From Styela clava (Eukaryota), in the NCBI RefSeq assembly GCF_964204865.1, contig NC_135261.1:12524001-12588000 (forward strand): a stretch of DNA of 64,000 nucleotides, read 5' to 3'. Position 1 is the first letter of the stretch. Every line of letters begins with the position of its first letter. Below, piece after piece: positions 1 to 13,125 of this stretch. Both the position numbers and the translations under genes were made by a program. A model generated the notes under the pieces. That model was not told the DNA's origin, searched no databases, and was given only the letters and a program-made list of their open reading frames with translations.

Positions 1-289
1 CCATAGGAGTATTGTTCATTGCGATATTCTCGTAAACACCTGAAAAATCATTTCAGCCTAACTAAAATGACTCTTTACTGTCTGTGTACTTAGAAAACTA
101 AAGTGAATACAAATATGTTTCGTGACAGTTTTTTAAATGTGAAGTGTATACCTATTTGTATCTTACGAAGTAAGAATGACATATCACAGGGATTTAGTGA
201 ATACAGAGTGACCCACGAAAACGGAATGTATAAATTTCTCAATTACTTTTCTGAAATGTTTCAATTTTTCCTACACTCGAACTTCTGTT

Positions 290-610
290 TGGGTAAAGTA
301 CATGGGAAAAGTACGGCCCGCGGGCCAAATCCGGCCCGTTGGGTAATTCAATCTGGCCCGCCTGATGCTGCCACAACCAAACTAGAAACAAATCTTTGTG
401 TTTCAGCTAAAAATAGCTCAAGCAATTTGTTGAGATCGCGGTTAAATTTAGTTTTGGTACGAGGCTCATTGTTTTCCATCTTTGCTTTGTAACACTGTAA
501 ATATTGTTCATAAAATGTAAATTTTTACGTCACATTTACATGGCCCGTCAGACTAGATGGGCTAGATAGAATTTTTTTGGCCCCTGGTTCAAAAACCTTG
601 CCCACCCCTG
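290..610. mobile_element. hAT MITE in FucT-B intron, left end eroded
   Basis: GGCCCGCGGGCC subterminal motifs, right end TTGCCCACCCCTG followed by ctctagaa. Absent from the matching copy A intron (about 39760-39830). Confidence 0.75.
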
Positions 611-1134
611 CTCTAGAATATGTCCCAAATGCCCTGGAGACAGACTTTCATCCTTTGCGCAAAATCAACAATCATTTGCACACACTCCTCTATATGGGGT
701 TTCAGCCTTTCCTGAAATCGGCCTCTCAGTACGGCACGATCATTTCAAGTTTGGAAATAATTGCCCATGCCGTGCACTTGACTGAGTGTAACAGTTTCTG
801 TGAGACTTTCTTCGGAAGTGCTGTTTCTCAGTAACCATTATTGTTGCTATTGATATGTTCTGACAGCAGTAAGTGCGCACCCGCAGAAAACCAATAGAGT
901 GATTGACAATTTTGCGCAATGGATGCAAGTGTATCTCTAATACCAAGGAGGTAATTTGAAAAATATTCAAGAAAGAACATAGATTTTATATAAAGCGTCC
1001 TAGATTCATGGAACTTTTGGGTATAATCATACACAAACAGAAAAGCGCAAACATAATATATTTATATATATATTACACATACATTTATTTCATATCTATA
1101 GTTATACTACCTTGTTAGTGCTATTTAGCTGTAC

Positions 1135-2587
1135 CTGTCAAATTTATACAACAAGTAGTCTAAACTTGGAGTGGGTGCAAACGAGGCAAGAACATCTGAA
1201 TCACGTCGGTATGTCATTGTCCAATTAAAGTAGTTATTGAAATCTTTCAGTTTGTGGCGATAATAATGTAGAACAGTCCACGGTGATTCGTGAGCCCACC
1301 ACGCAAAAATTTGATGTGGTGATCTGAATTGTAATGATGATTTAGCAAATGCGAACTTCTAGATTTGTGAATATGAAATGGGTGCGGAATAAGTACATGA
1401 ATTTAGAGTAAAATACCTTTTGCTGGGATCTGGTAAGTCGTTGGCAACGCACGACTTCATATAAAACAACACAGCGTCACTACTCTCGTATTCATTGCGG
1501 TCAAGCGTGACATCGCAACCTCCTTCTTGTCCAGGAAGATCGGTCAAGCGCCACTCAATGTTTTGCCCATATAAGAATTTTGGACCTCTGTTTCAATAAC
1601 GCTCTGTCGTGTAAAAGATTTGTGGTCCCGTTTTGAGCCGAGGTCGACATCCACGTCCCAATGGATTGTTTATATTCAATCAATGCTTAAAACAGAACAG
1701 ATAAATCGAAGAAAACAATAGCACCATCGGATCTTAAACGCAACACTTCGATTCAAATGATTATTATAAGGGTTGCTGTGATGTATTGCATCTGGCCATT
1801 AGTGTTATTAGTACTTGGCAAAAAAAAACACACTAGCGTTTTCAAAACTCAAGTCCTATATTGCATGGTTTAAACGTCTTGCATTACACTTTGTGAAAAA
1901 TTTCATTCCGTATTGTTTCGTTTGACCACAGTCAGAATTCCTCAAACAAGCAGTTTAACAACATTGATTGGAAAAGAACTTTAATTTACAGTGTCTCATC
2001 ATTATCTAACTTTGATCAGATGAAACGTTACAGATTAAATTTCAAGGCGTTATGCAACACTTTTGAATCTCTCAATATTTGGCTCGAGTTTTGAAAACGT
2101 TAACCTTTTTTGCTAAGTGCTAATAACACTATTAAAGATCTTTACTACTTAGCTTGGTCCCCCATATATCATGTCCATTTTCTACCGTTCATCGTATATG
2201 ATTAAAAGAATATTTTAAGGAGAAACGATATGATTACTATAGATAAGGAAAGAAGTCGAGATACATTAAAAGCATTGCCGAGGTAAAACCATATACTGAA
2301 GTAGTCACAGCCACGACGATTAAACTCTAATGCAATTTACAGTGTTCATTTACAATGTTCGCTGAGAAAAGTTAATAATTCAATTCAGTAAAATTGAATT
2401 CTGTTACAAGGCTTGATATAACAAATAATTAAATCTACTAAAATCTATAAACTATTTAATAAAACTTACCATTTGTGCCAATATTTCTGTATCTAAGTTT
2501 GTTATCAAATCTATATTGAAGTTGGTAGAAAATTATAAATCCGACGCAGAAGAGAGCACAAACATAGACAATTTTTTTTTGATTCAT
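1135..2587 (-). pseudogene. Alpha-1,3/4-fucosyltransferase copy B (exons 2470-2587, 1417-1685, 1135-1323; remaining exons left of the window), frameshifted
   Basis: Colinear with copy A (1-2655 matches 39478-43295) with the same splice sites. An 11-nt deletion at 1559/1560 (copy A has cttatgatacg) gives WAKH-stop in exon 2. Confidence 0.85.
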
Positions 2588-4781
2588 AATTATGTTCTTG
2601 AAATCAATTTATCTATTTCCTAAAAGCATGTCAAAATAAAATATTAATTGTTCCTATGGAAGGTACATACAAATACCACGTACTTACGAATACTTTGCTT
2701 GTTCACCCACCACATTGCTATACGATGTTTATCGTAACTGATCTCAAATATGTCCCTCATTATTAAGGTCGCCAATAGAAGTGCACCAGAAATGGATGGC
2801 GGGTGATCAAACAAGAGGTCCCAGGGTGCTAACTGTACGATTCAGCAATAATGACAATGACGTACACGCAACAGAAACATCATTATCCGCTGAAAAAATC
2901 GGCTGTTTCAAGGATTATTTCAGAAGTCGTTGCATGGGAAATTCCGATTCCGATTATAAACTATGTAACGGACTTTAAAAAAAAATCGAGCGGCCGCCGT
3001 CACAAGTTTTGCGCACTTTCTTAATTCCGACCAACCGAAATTGGGAAAAACTATTCGAAAACAAGGCTCAACAAAAACGTAAACGATAATGACATCCCTA
3101 GTCGAAACGCATAAAAAAACATAGCAATTATTCCGTTGTAATGAATTAGGAATGTTAAACATAAAAGTATTGCAAAATTTCAAATGCCAATAAAGAATGG
3201 CGAAGCATTATTCGACTTTTTGAATCATGGATTCTAGCTGAACGGTCATATATTTGAATCAAAAGATAGTGGACACATGCCAATTGACTTTCGCACGATA
3301 CTAGCTATCCACCCTTCAGAGATTGAATAAATATAGTAGTTTTTATGAATGGTGGGGTTCCAGAATACGCGAAGGGTAGAATTTAATGAAAAATGTTGGG
3401 AACCGCTGGGTTAAAACAAAAAGGGATTGTGGAAACTTGCCCAATCGTACGTATAGTAAATATACCCCTTGCAGCACCATAGGTATAAATGATTAAGCGT
3501 TATAACAATACAACTTGCTTACGTACATGACCTCAACATAGTAGCAAAGTTACCCTTTTACTTTGTTACCTAAATATTGTATTACTTATTAACTCTAACA
3601 AAATTCAGACAATACCGTGAACTACACATACAGTTTCATACGGATACGATCTATTCAAGCATTTATTGTTTCCTATTTTTGCGCTTACACAAGCGCATAC
3701 ATAAAACGTTGCTAATTTTCATGACGGAATTGTACACTTGTTCTTTCCCGTTTTACAAACATAGAAATCTGTTCAACTGTTATCAGTCTTACTTATGCTC
3801 TTACATGCGTTTTATGTGAGACTTATTTTATTAGAATTCAGGAAATGTTATAACAATTATTAAATCAATGTTATTCTTGGAGGCAAACGCTTTCATGGTT
3901 CTAAATCTTACTTATCATCTGGTCTTTTTCAGGACTCATTTTTAACTTCTTCCCAATACATTTATCTTGGATTTAATTATATGCGCTTGGAAACAACATC
4001 ATATTCCTAGCCTGACTTAAAACCAGTCAAGAAACAACATTCAGATTTTATATGTTTTTGTTGGAAACTTCAGATCTCAACTTCCCTTCCAAATTTGAGA
4101 CGAAATTTAAAGTCAAAATCTAGCCTGAGTGGAATAAAGATAATGGATACTGTTTTTCTACTACTACTCATACTTACAACCCTATATTATCGCCTTAAAT
4201 GTAAATATTGGTTCTGAAGGAGTTTTCTATCTAGAAGGCAGAATACTTTCTTTAGGCACGTGTGAAAAGCAATGTTACCATAGTTGACTGACCAAATTTG
4301 CAGTGGTTATTCCCCAGTTTACTGAAAGCAGAATCGCTTTTTTTTATCTTGCCACTCCACTTTTATTTATCCTTACAACGATTTTTGAAGTATATACACA
4401 AGATAGGCTGACGCCATACGTCGGATGCGACACGATGAGTCGTTTGACAATTCGGTTTACATCACGCATTGCGATTATATGTTGACTGCTCTAAAAAGTA
4501 ATCTGTTAATAATTTTTAAACGTTCGGATTTGACACTGAATTTTTATAACTCTGTATTATGCATGTGGGTGCCCACTTTCCGATTTGCTAAAATGGAGGT
4601 TATTACTTTGTCCATCTTGGCCACAAAATTGTGCAACTTGGTAATATGGAAACGAAATGTGCAGTATCAAAATTTAAAACTATTTTCATTAAATGTTTTT
4701 GAACCACATGACTTGTGCATGTAGTTAATATGATAATTGAAAAAAATATGATCTCTTTCAACGAAATAGTATATAAGTTTA

Positions 4782-4826
4782 TTTGTGAGCTTTCGTTAGA
4801 TCATGGTTTAACTTCTTCAAACAAAA
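4782..4826 (-). ncRNA. Second hammerhead motif in the inverted pseudo-LTR (one stem II mismatch)
   Basis: Reverse strand reads ttttgt TTGAAGA A GTTAAA ccatga TCTAAC GAAAGCTC acaaa. Confidence 0.5.
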
Positions 4827-5402
4827 CAAGATATATATAACTGTAAATATAAAGATCATAAGAATTTAGTCTATAATTGAGTTTCCTATAACTGGATTCA
4901 GATGCTATGAGGATATCTCCAGGCCACCTTAGGGATATTCGAAAAGGTACCACAACACCAGTTGCCAACCACTTCAACATCGAAGGGTACGATATAGGCA
5001 ATTTCAGTATCCTGGAAATTGACGCACTAACCCACGACGAACTCTACAGAAAAAAAAAAACGAACATTTCTGGATTAACAAAATGAAGACTCGGCAACCA
5101 CAGGGAATCAATAGAAAAGATTAGAACGCGAACGGAGAGGGGCCTTAACGCAAATACAAAACCAAAAACAGTAGCCTACTATCAAAAAACAACAACAATA
5201 CCAACAAACAAGGTTCAAAAACAAACTATGTTAACTGCACAAATAGACGAACTCCAACCCAACCACATCAGTTAGACCAGCAGTTCTAAGATGATATGGA
5301 CCAAATTATCACATCCTCGTAGCATCTAAATCCAATTATAGGAAACTCCATTATAACTAAATTCTTATGATCTTTATATTATATTTACAGTTATATCTTG
5401 TA

Positions 5403-5444
5403 TTGTTTGAAGAAGTTAGACCATGATCTAACGAAAGCTCACAA
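5403..5444 (+). ncRNA. Minimal type I hammerhead ribozyme motif in Penelope pseudo-LTR
   Basis: Stem I TTGT/ACAA, core TTGAAGA, extra A, stem II GTTAGA-ccatga-TCTAAC, then GAAAGCTC with palindromic AGCT in place of helix III. Confidence 0.65.
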
Positions 5445-6426
5445 ACAAACTTACTATTTCGTTGAAAGAGATCTTGTTATTTTTACTTATCACTTTATAC
5501 TATCTCGTTCAAGCATCCTTGTGGCAAATACCACATGCGGATCCGAGGTAAAAAGTAAACAAGAAGAAAGGACCTGCAGTTCAATACACAATATCCAAGT
5601 TCCCCTAGTAATCAATATGACCTCATTTATTTAAAACTGATTTAAAATTCGAATTTATTTTCAACTGAAAATAAAAGCGTGTTTTACTGCTTCAGGGTTA
5701 TTTTGCAAAACATCCTGACTGGTTGAGAGAGCGATTTTGGAAAAGGGTGATCAGTAAGTAGTCAGCAGTAACAACGATTTTGTCAGTGAAAGTACTCGAA
5801 AAATGTGTATCTGAAAAATCCTCAACAATTCTTGAAGTCAAGTTTGCAAATGCAGCAAAACCAAAGATGTCCTCATAGAGAAGTGTGTGCGAATGATTGA
5901 CAATTTTGCGCAGCGGATGTAAGTCTGTCTCCAACGGATGTAAGTCTGTACGGCATTTGCAACAAATTCCGGAGAAAACATAACTTTTGCGTAAAATTCC
6001 TATATTTCTGAAACTTTCGGATAGAATCATACACACACAAACGTAACTTTATTTTCAGTTCTCTCCATTTTCGTAGAAGTATTAAAGAAATGTTTGGGGA
6101 TCACCCCATATATTAGTTTTCGACAAAAAATGCTGTTTGTTTAGGTGTAAGGGTGGGTTACCACGGAAAAGTTTTTTTGATGAATTTGAGTCTATATACT
6201 ATTTCAGAGTTTTTGTCGGTTAGCATTTACATAAAGTCGACTTAGCTTTCTACTTATAAATTTTAAAAAACTGCTCCATTGAAAATCGACCGCAGTTTGG
6301 AAGTGGCCTTTGATGACGTAGAGTCGTAGACTAATACCTCATTCCAGAAATTGCCTTTATCGCGCATTAGCGAGTCGGGTGATTTCGGCATTTAATCCTA
6401 GTTCCTCATCGCGAAAAGATTAAAAC

Positions 6427-6678
6427 AACAAGAGAGCTATGCTCAAATATATGGACACGTAGCGCCGCCTAATGGCAATAATTTTGATGACGTCATAGCA
6501 ACAACAAAAAAGTAATAGCCATCTAAAGAAAATTCTTTTTATCTTTAACCACTGAAAATTTCAAAGCAATTGGTCCAGTAATCAAAGAGAAAAGCGACTT
6601 TTTAAAAACGTGTCAAAGAACAAGAACAACAACAACATAATATTGAAACGATCGCTATGTCCACTACGTGTCCAATAA
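6427..6678 (-). mobile_element. Helentron/DINE-1-like non-autonomous element
   Basis: Minus strand starts TTATTGGACAC and ends GTGTCCA...GAGCATAGCTC hairpin-TCTTGTT. No TSD. Relatives at 55053-55902, 52755-52905, 20700-20845, 21930 and 29630. Confidence 0.65.
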
Positions 6679-6759
6679 TGTAATGTAAAACAGGAATACT
6701 AATGCATGACTGTAAAGGGACCAAGCGATGGCGTTTTATGTAATGAACGTACTGGTACT

Positions 6760-7306
6760 GACCGTCTATCAATAGGCTTTGAAGAATTGATTCTAGAGTA
6801 AGTTATGAAAAACTAACGTTATAAATGGTTTAAGTTACAACTTAAGCGTCTGGGCAATACACATTGGTACATTTACCTAGAGAGTGATAGTCTACCAGAT
6901 AAACGTAGAATTCCAGTAATGGTTTAGTTTTCTATTCATTTTACATTATTATGCAACAAGATACTGTTTACATGCTGAACATTACTAATCTGTCTGGGGA
7001 TAATATTCTAAACTTGTTTATGCCAGTTCTATCAATTTCATTTGTATACTTTATGTTTTCTAGTCCACACTGATAATGATTAACAACACAGCCCAGCTGT
7101 CATCAAAGGTACACCTTGAGCTGATCATTAGTCGAACGATGTTGGAGTTGAAAATAAGATTCCCAGTTCAATCCTGTGTAACTTCCAGAATAGGAGAAAT
7201 GTTTGAATCCATTCAGAAATAATTTGGCCTTTGCATACCAATGAATATATTTATACAGAGGCTTGTTTGGAATGAAATGCGTGAAATGGCAAAGCAATAT
7301 CTATAA
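6760..7306 (+). pseudogene. Decayed TIR-domain remnant
   Basis: LKRLGNTHWYIYLESDSLPDKRRIP|GT (BB-loop-like), AG|STLIMINNTAQLSSKVHLEL, IIWP...QRLVWNEMREMAKQYL* (box-3-like). Frameshifts and stops present. Confidence 0.4.
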
Positions 7307-7609
7307 CATGAGATTCGTGAGAAAACAATTTATTAACATGAATGAACTAAATATTATGAAAACTTGTGATCAGAAAATGTTAACATTAATTAATATTTAC
7401 AGATAGATAGATTAGATATTATTTGAAAATAATGGTATGTATTTAAAATACTGCAACGTTTTCCAAATGCACCGCCCAATAGAACTAGCATACGGTCCAA
7501 AATAAGTACACAGAACGCGATAATTGCCGTTGACCTAATGCAAAACTACGCCAACGAGTTTTCAATACTACGTCACCAACGGGACATCGTAATTTGCGTT
7601 CGATTACGG

Positions 7610-9109
7610 CAGGGGTCACCAAACTACGGCCCGCGGGCCGGATCCGGCCCGCGGCGTCATTTTATCCGGCCCGCAATAACACGCAAAAATGGCGAATTTT
7701 TTTCCAAGAGAAATTTTCCTCGAGCATCGTCTTCCATGTTTATTTCGTAACATTGGCCAATCAGCAAGATGCAAAAAAAGTGACGTAATAATAGGCCCTT
7801 TCGCATCCGCTTAAATACTTTTGTTTTGTCACCCCTGACAGATTTTCAGTCTTGGTTGTAAACAATACTTCGTTTTTGCGATTTTGAATGCTCTTCGTTA
7901 GTTTTTGGTTGTGTTTGGAAATTTCAAGTATGAATCAAATACGTCAATCATCATTTGCCTCCTTAGGAGTTGTAGTTTCAATTGTAGTAATGAAAAATTA
8001 GTCTAGAAATAGCTGTGACAAAATAGGCTAAAATTCTCTACCGGTACGCAACGTTTTCTGCGAAAGATGTACTCGTGGTGCGTGCTTTCGGCGAAACTAT
8101 TTACGTTTCTTGTGCTAAAATGAACTTCGAATGTACATGTTGCGCTAACAGTACTTTAATCCCCCGCGTACTGCTCCAATTTCACAAGTCACACTAACTT
8201 TTGTACTGCTTTATAGCGGATATGCATGTAGGTATGTTACAAAAAATTGAAGTTTATCCGATTTAAATAAAAACTGCGCCGGTGGATCTGAGTGAAAATA
8301 AGAAAACAATACCAATTTTATAAAAAAACGATCAAGAAATAACGGAGATATCGGAATTTTAGTACCACCAGACAGGCCAATTCTTTCCATGAGGATTGTA
8401 TTACTTTTTTCATAAGAACTGTAATAAATATGAAAAAAGAACACATATCAATCACTAGTCTTTCGATCTGCGTCACATCTATGGAATATTGAGACTATTT
8501 CAGGATTTTATTCTGTCAACGGTCTTGATACCGCCGAAAGATCGTCGCAAATAAACGCTGGTGTTGTGCACGTTAGTTTGACAGTGGTTCATTGTCGGTA
8601 ATATTTAACGATGTTTCGATTTATGCGCTGATGAAAAAAATCAAATACCAGATAACAGTTGTTTATTTTATCTAAATTATGTCAAAATTTCATGGACTTC
8701 CATGCTACAGCAGGCAGTACGTAGTCGTTTTTATGAGCGGTATTCGACACGGCGTAACAGTACTTAGCAGACGTGATGCATACATTTTTTGGAGAAAAAG
8801 CGGATTTTGTAACATTCCTAATTCTTGACTGCAACGTTTTGATAACAGCTAAACTCAGGATAGTTGTCTACATATAGAAATCTTGTATATTTGTTTTCCT
8901 AGAATGTTCTCGATCTATATTTTGCGATATAAATAGAATTTAATATTCAAGTCTTCAGAAATATAGAATATATATTGTTGAATAAATTGCATAGATTTCC
9001 CAACTTTTTTGGTTTTATTGTATTGCATTGAAAAAAATATTTGTCCGGCCCGTTTCAACACAGTTTGAGTCATATCCGGCCCGCGGTCAAAAAAGTTTGG
9101 TGACCCCTG
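7610..9109. mobile_element. Non-autonomous hAT (Charlie/Buster-like) element
   Basis: Perfect 16-bp TIR CAGGGGTCACCAAACT, 8-bp TSD gattacgg, GGCCCGC subterminal repeats. Confidence 0.93.
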
Positions 9110-10035
9110 GATTACGGCATACGAAGTCCACTTTATCCAAGCGGTTAACGCCAAAAATCTTTAAAAATATATAGAATCAAATTTGCCGCAAAAAGTTCGC
9201 GTGATAACCCATCTTTATATGTGCGGCATCCGCCATTACGTGACCGACGTCCTTCTACTCGCATTTTCTTTTGTAAATCACATTTTCTGTATGTATAATA
9301 AATATCATAAGTTACAGCACCATAATGATGTGACAATAATCTGCAATTTCAAACTTTTTAGCGATTGAAATTTACATTATTAAAAGAATTTTATTTTAGC
9401 AATTTTAGCAATTTGGTATATATTTGTTGCTAACATTTTAGAATAACTATCCTGAATGAAGCAGCCACATACATATTTTATGAGTTCCATATCACCTCGA
9501 ATAACATATTATTAAAAATATATATCGAATGCTGGATTCTGACCTCTTTTTTCTGCTCTATGGAAATGCTCTATCATCGGCCAATATCATTATCAGATAT
9601 GGTATTGCCTTTTCCCAGTATATATATATATACGCAAATACGTAAGTCTTAAGGAAAAAAACTGCGGTAAGATGGAGCAGTACTCAAAGCAATTACTTAT
9701 TTTATGATCAAGTACCGGCACCAGTACTGTAGAAGTGGATGAAGGACATAGAGCATTTTTCCACTAGGCTGTTTGAGATAATAATCACCAGGGTTGAGAT
9801 AACTTGGTATTTAAGCCAGATTGGACAGGACTTACCTAGGTATTTCCAAGAATTGATAAATATATACGTATAATGGGTAGCAACAGATGTACATTTACTT
9901 ATGAAAAAAGCATGGTAAGTCTGTGTGGTCTTTATTAGTGGTATGGAAGGTGCATACAATAAATAATACGTACTCACGAATACATTGCTTGATCACCCAC
10001 CACATTGCTATACGTTGTTTATCGTAATTAATCTG

Positions 10036-10165
10036 AAATATGTCCCTCATTATCAAGGTTGTCAAATGAAGTATGTCCCTCATTATTAAGGTCGTCAAAT
10101 GAAGTATGTGTTACATTATTAAGGTCGTCAAATGAAGTATATGCCATATATTGAGGTCGCCAGAT
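10036..10165. repeat. 33-bp minisatellite, about 4 units
   Basis: aaatgaagtatgtccctcattattaaggtcgtc repeated. Single unit in the paralogous segment near 2746-2780. Confidence 0.85.
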
Positions 10166-11461
10166 AAAGTGCACCAGACAGAGATGACGGGTTATCAAAC
10201 AAGACGTCCCAGCGTGCTAACATCACGACTCAGCAATAATGACAATGACGTACACGAGTTTTTGGTATCTGAATGTCAATATTTGGATACTATACTTTTG
10301 CACTTCTTAAGGTTTATTTACTAAAAGCAAGCAACCTGTTTCGAAACAACATAATTATTGCTTCGACATCCCCTGGTATCGCATCGCTTTTTCGCTAAGT
10401 TAGTACCTACACCAAAGTCACAAGATTTCAACAGCAATGCTTATTCGAGATATCAGTCAGAAGCTTTGAATAAACAAGGTAAAACAAATGACGGAACACA
10501 ATTCAAAAGTAGGTGGGTCAGGGCGTCAAAATCCAAATCTAATAAACTGAGTGGGTTATTACAACAACTAAGAATATACTTGGCTCGGCGGCAACCTACC
10601 CTATGCACTTAGAATCCCATAAAGATTGTGATAATGTGCAAGGAAATTGCTGGACTTCACGCTGTTGCAGAGGGGTTGACGTAAATGCTTGTCGGTTTCG
10701 GCTTCCTCAGCCAACCACGTTTGTGGACACATTGTGTTACAGCCTGAATGGTCGTGTACGGGCAACTCATCGACCGGTGTTCCAAAGGTTATATTGACGA
10801 TAGGAATGGACTGGGCAGGTTTTTATGTTGTATGTTTTAACATATATATAAAAAAGAAACAAATTATTTGTAACAGCAACGGGCAACTCACCGACAGGCG
10901 TTCTGAAGGGTATATTGACGATAAGAATCGACTACGCAAGTTTTCATGTTTTGTTTTTTAACATATATAATACAAACGAAACAAATAAATCAGCCATATT
11001 ATTTTAAAACAATTTTTCAGTCCACAATAAATTCTCGATATTTTTTAACCCCAGATGACCTTAGTGCTCTAGTTTTGATAATCCTGTCCTTAAATTATGA
11101 TAAGTCTATTTGATTTAAATATTTTTATATATATGAAGAAGAACAATTTCTATTCTTTTTAGCGGTCTATATTCAACTAAAATGGATGATATATATATAT
11201 AGTGAATACCCCCCCCCCCCCTGCGCCTGCTGGCTTCTGTCATGAATTGAATATTTTGCGCAAAAGAAAAATCATTTTCCGCTGAGAAAGTCTGCTATTT
11301 TAGGGAATGACGTTTTTGCGGCGGCTATTTCAGAAGTCGTTGCATGGGAATTTCCGATTCCGAATATAAACTAAGCAACGCGAAAAAAATCGAGCGGCCG
11401 CCGTAACAAGTTCTGCGCACTTTCTGAAATCCGATCAACCGAAATTGGAAAACACTATTCG

Positions 11462-12533
11462 CAGACTTGTCCATGGGACATATTTTTCTGTCCTATTCCC
11501 ATTCCATCCCATCGCAAGTGTGCCTTTCCCATCCCATGGTAGAAAAACAATGTATGGTACAAAGACCGTCGAATTGCGCTGATGCACATTGCTGAAATAA
11601 TATGCATCATCCCGGAAACAAGTTATTTCTCAAAAATTACTTGAAAACAATTGAATATTACATAAATATCAAATCTCCCCTTCCCATTTTTAGAGTTTTC
11701 GGAAGATCGAAAAAGTCGCTAATAAAGGCGTGCGATTTTACAGACTAATTTTGTTAAGTTCGCCGATTGGTTCCTTCGGCGTTTAGGTGTTTATTTAGGG
11801 AACATCGGTATTAAGGAAAGACTATGATATAGTTTCCAATGGTTATCAATCAAGTTAAGGTATTCATCGCGTCTATTTGTTTTATCTTGCCCGGGCTAAT
11901 AAATCATAGTGACTTCGTTTATTTTTGGTATTGTAACGCCGAATTGCACCTTATTTTCAGACGGAAATCAAGTTTCAGATTCACTCCTTCCATGCGAGAA
12001 AAACGAATTAGCGGCGTTCTCGTGGCGTAAAACGTCTTGTGTCATAAGTCGTCTCAACAAAATTAATATGGAAAGACATTTCAAATACTGGTGTCGGTCA
12101 TGAATTGAATATATTGCGCAACAGAAACATCATTATCCGCTAAAAAAATCGGCTGTTTAACGAATGACGTTTTTGCGGCGACTATTTCAGAAGTCGTTGT
12201 ATGGGAATTTCCGATTTCGATTATAAACTATGCAACGCGACTTAACAAAAAAAAATAGAGCGGTCGCCGTCACAAATTCCCATGGGATTCCGATTGGAAT
12301 AAAATTCAATAAAAATTGTTAAATTCAGGTTTAGCGTCTACTAAATAGGACAACATGTACGAATAGACATGTAAAACAACAAAATTTACGGATTTTGTCA
12401 ATATTATATGCATAACTGTTATATATACATGTCCATAACGAAATGTTTTACCATAATTTCCCCGAAAAACATACGGTTTTCATGACCTACGTGTCCTATG
12501 GGAAATACAAATGGGATTCCCATGGACAAGCCT
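11462..12533. mobile_element. Same hAT MITE family, split by about 740 bp of other duplicated sequence
   Basis: 11462-11540 and 12277-12533 match the two halves of 57536-57885 in reverse orientation. Confidence 0.75.
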
Positions 12534-13125
12534 CTCCTAATGATTCACTCCTAATGATGATGTAATACTAATGCAGCATGTTTAAAAGTAATATCCGTTT
12601 AGCATTGAACCAATAGTCGCATGCTTACTATCTGGCTGTGCAGAATGAATAACAATAAAATATGAATAAATGAATCATTCATAACTTTAGTAAAAGGTTT
12701 GGATAGATACGTAGAGATAGATTTTTGTTATTCAAGCGAGAAACTTTAAGAACGAGTAATGAGTCTACAAGACAGTCCGGAATATTAAGCGAACATAGCT
12801 GCAATAAAATATGGCGGGATTTAACTGTACTGTACAAATTACGATGGTGAGAACAAAATGGCGGTGATGGTTTCAAGCTCAACTTAAATTTAATCCAACC
12901 GTTAAATCTGAGGTTGAGGCATGTTAATAATCTACAGCAATCTCTATGGATTTGTGAGATATGTATATTTATAGGTATTTTGTAATAAATATTTCATCTT
13001 CTACAAATTTAAATTTATCATGCTGAGACGTGGTGACAATAAATTCCACACAATGGCACCTACGAAATTAACTCGCATATTATACAAGACTCTATTGTTC
13101 CCATTTATTTTGTCGCATACAATTT

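Larger units (their letters stand above)
4734..5607 (+). mobile_element. 5-prime-truncated Penelope-like element (GIY-YIG C-terminus, inverted pseudo-LTR)
   Basis: 4922-5124 translates HLRDIRKGTTTPVANHFN...SILEID...R...EHFWINKMKTRQPQGIN (frameshift in a poly-A run). 4750-4916 is an inverted copy of 5311-5484. Imperfect about 13-bp TSD gtagttaatatga/gtaatcaatatga. Empty site in the paralogous segment at about 18413. Confidence 0.85.
3515..5800 (+). repeat. Local segmental duplication matching 17205-18590 (third partial copy 18593-18985)
   Basis: Direct sequence alignment. The copies differ mainly by the Penelope insertion. Confidence 0.92.

Noticed and set aside
10036-10165. CRISPR-like 33-bp repeats
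   Set aside because: Head-to-tail units without unique spacers, no cas genes, eukaryotic context.
10358-10961. Cluster of overlapping plus-strand ORFs
   Set aside because: No recognisable motif or consistent splice structure. Partly a short tandem duplication.
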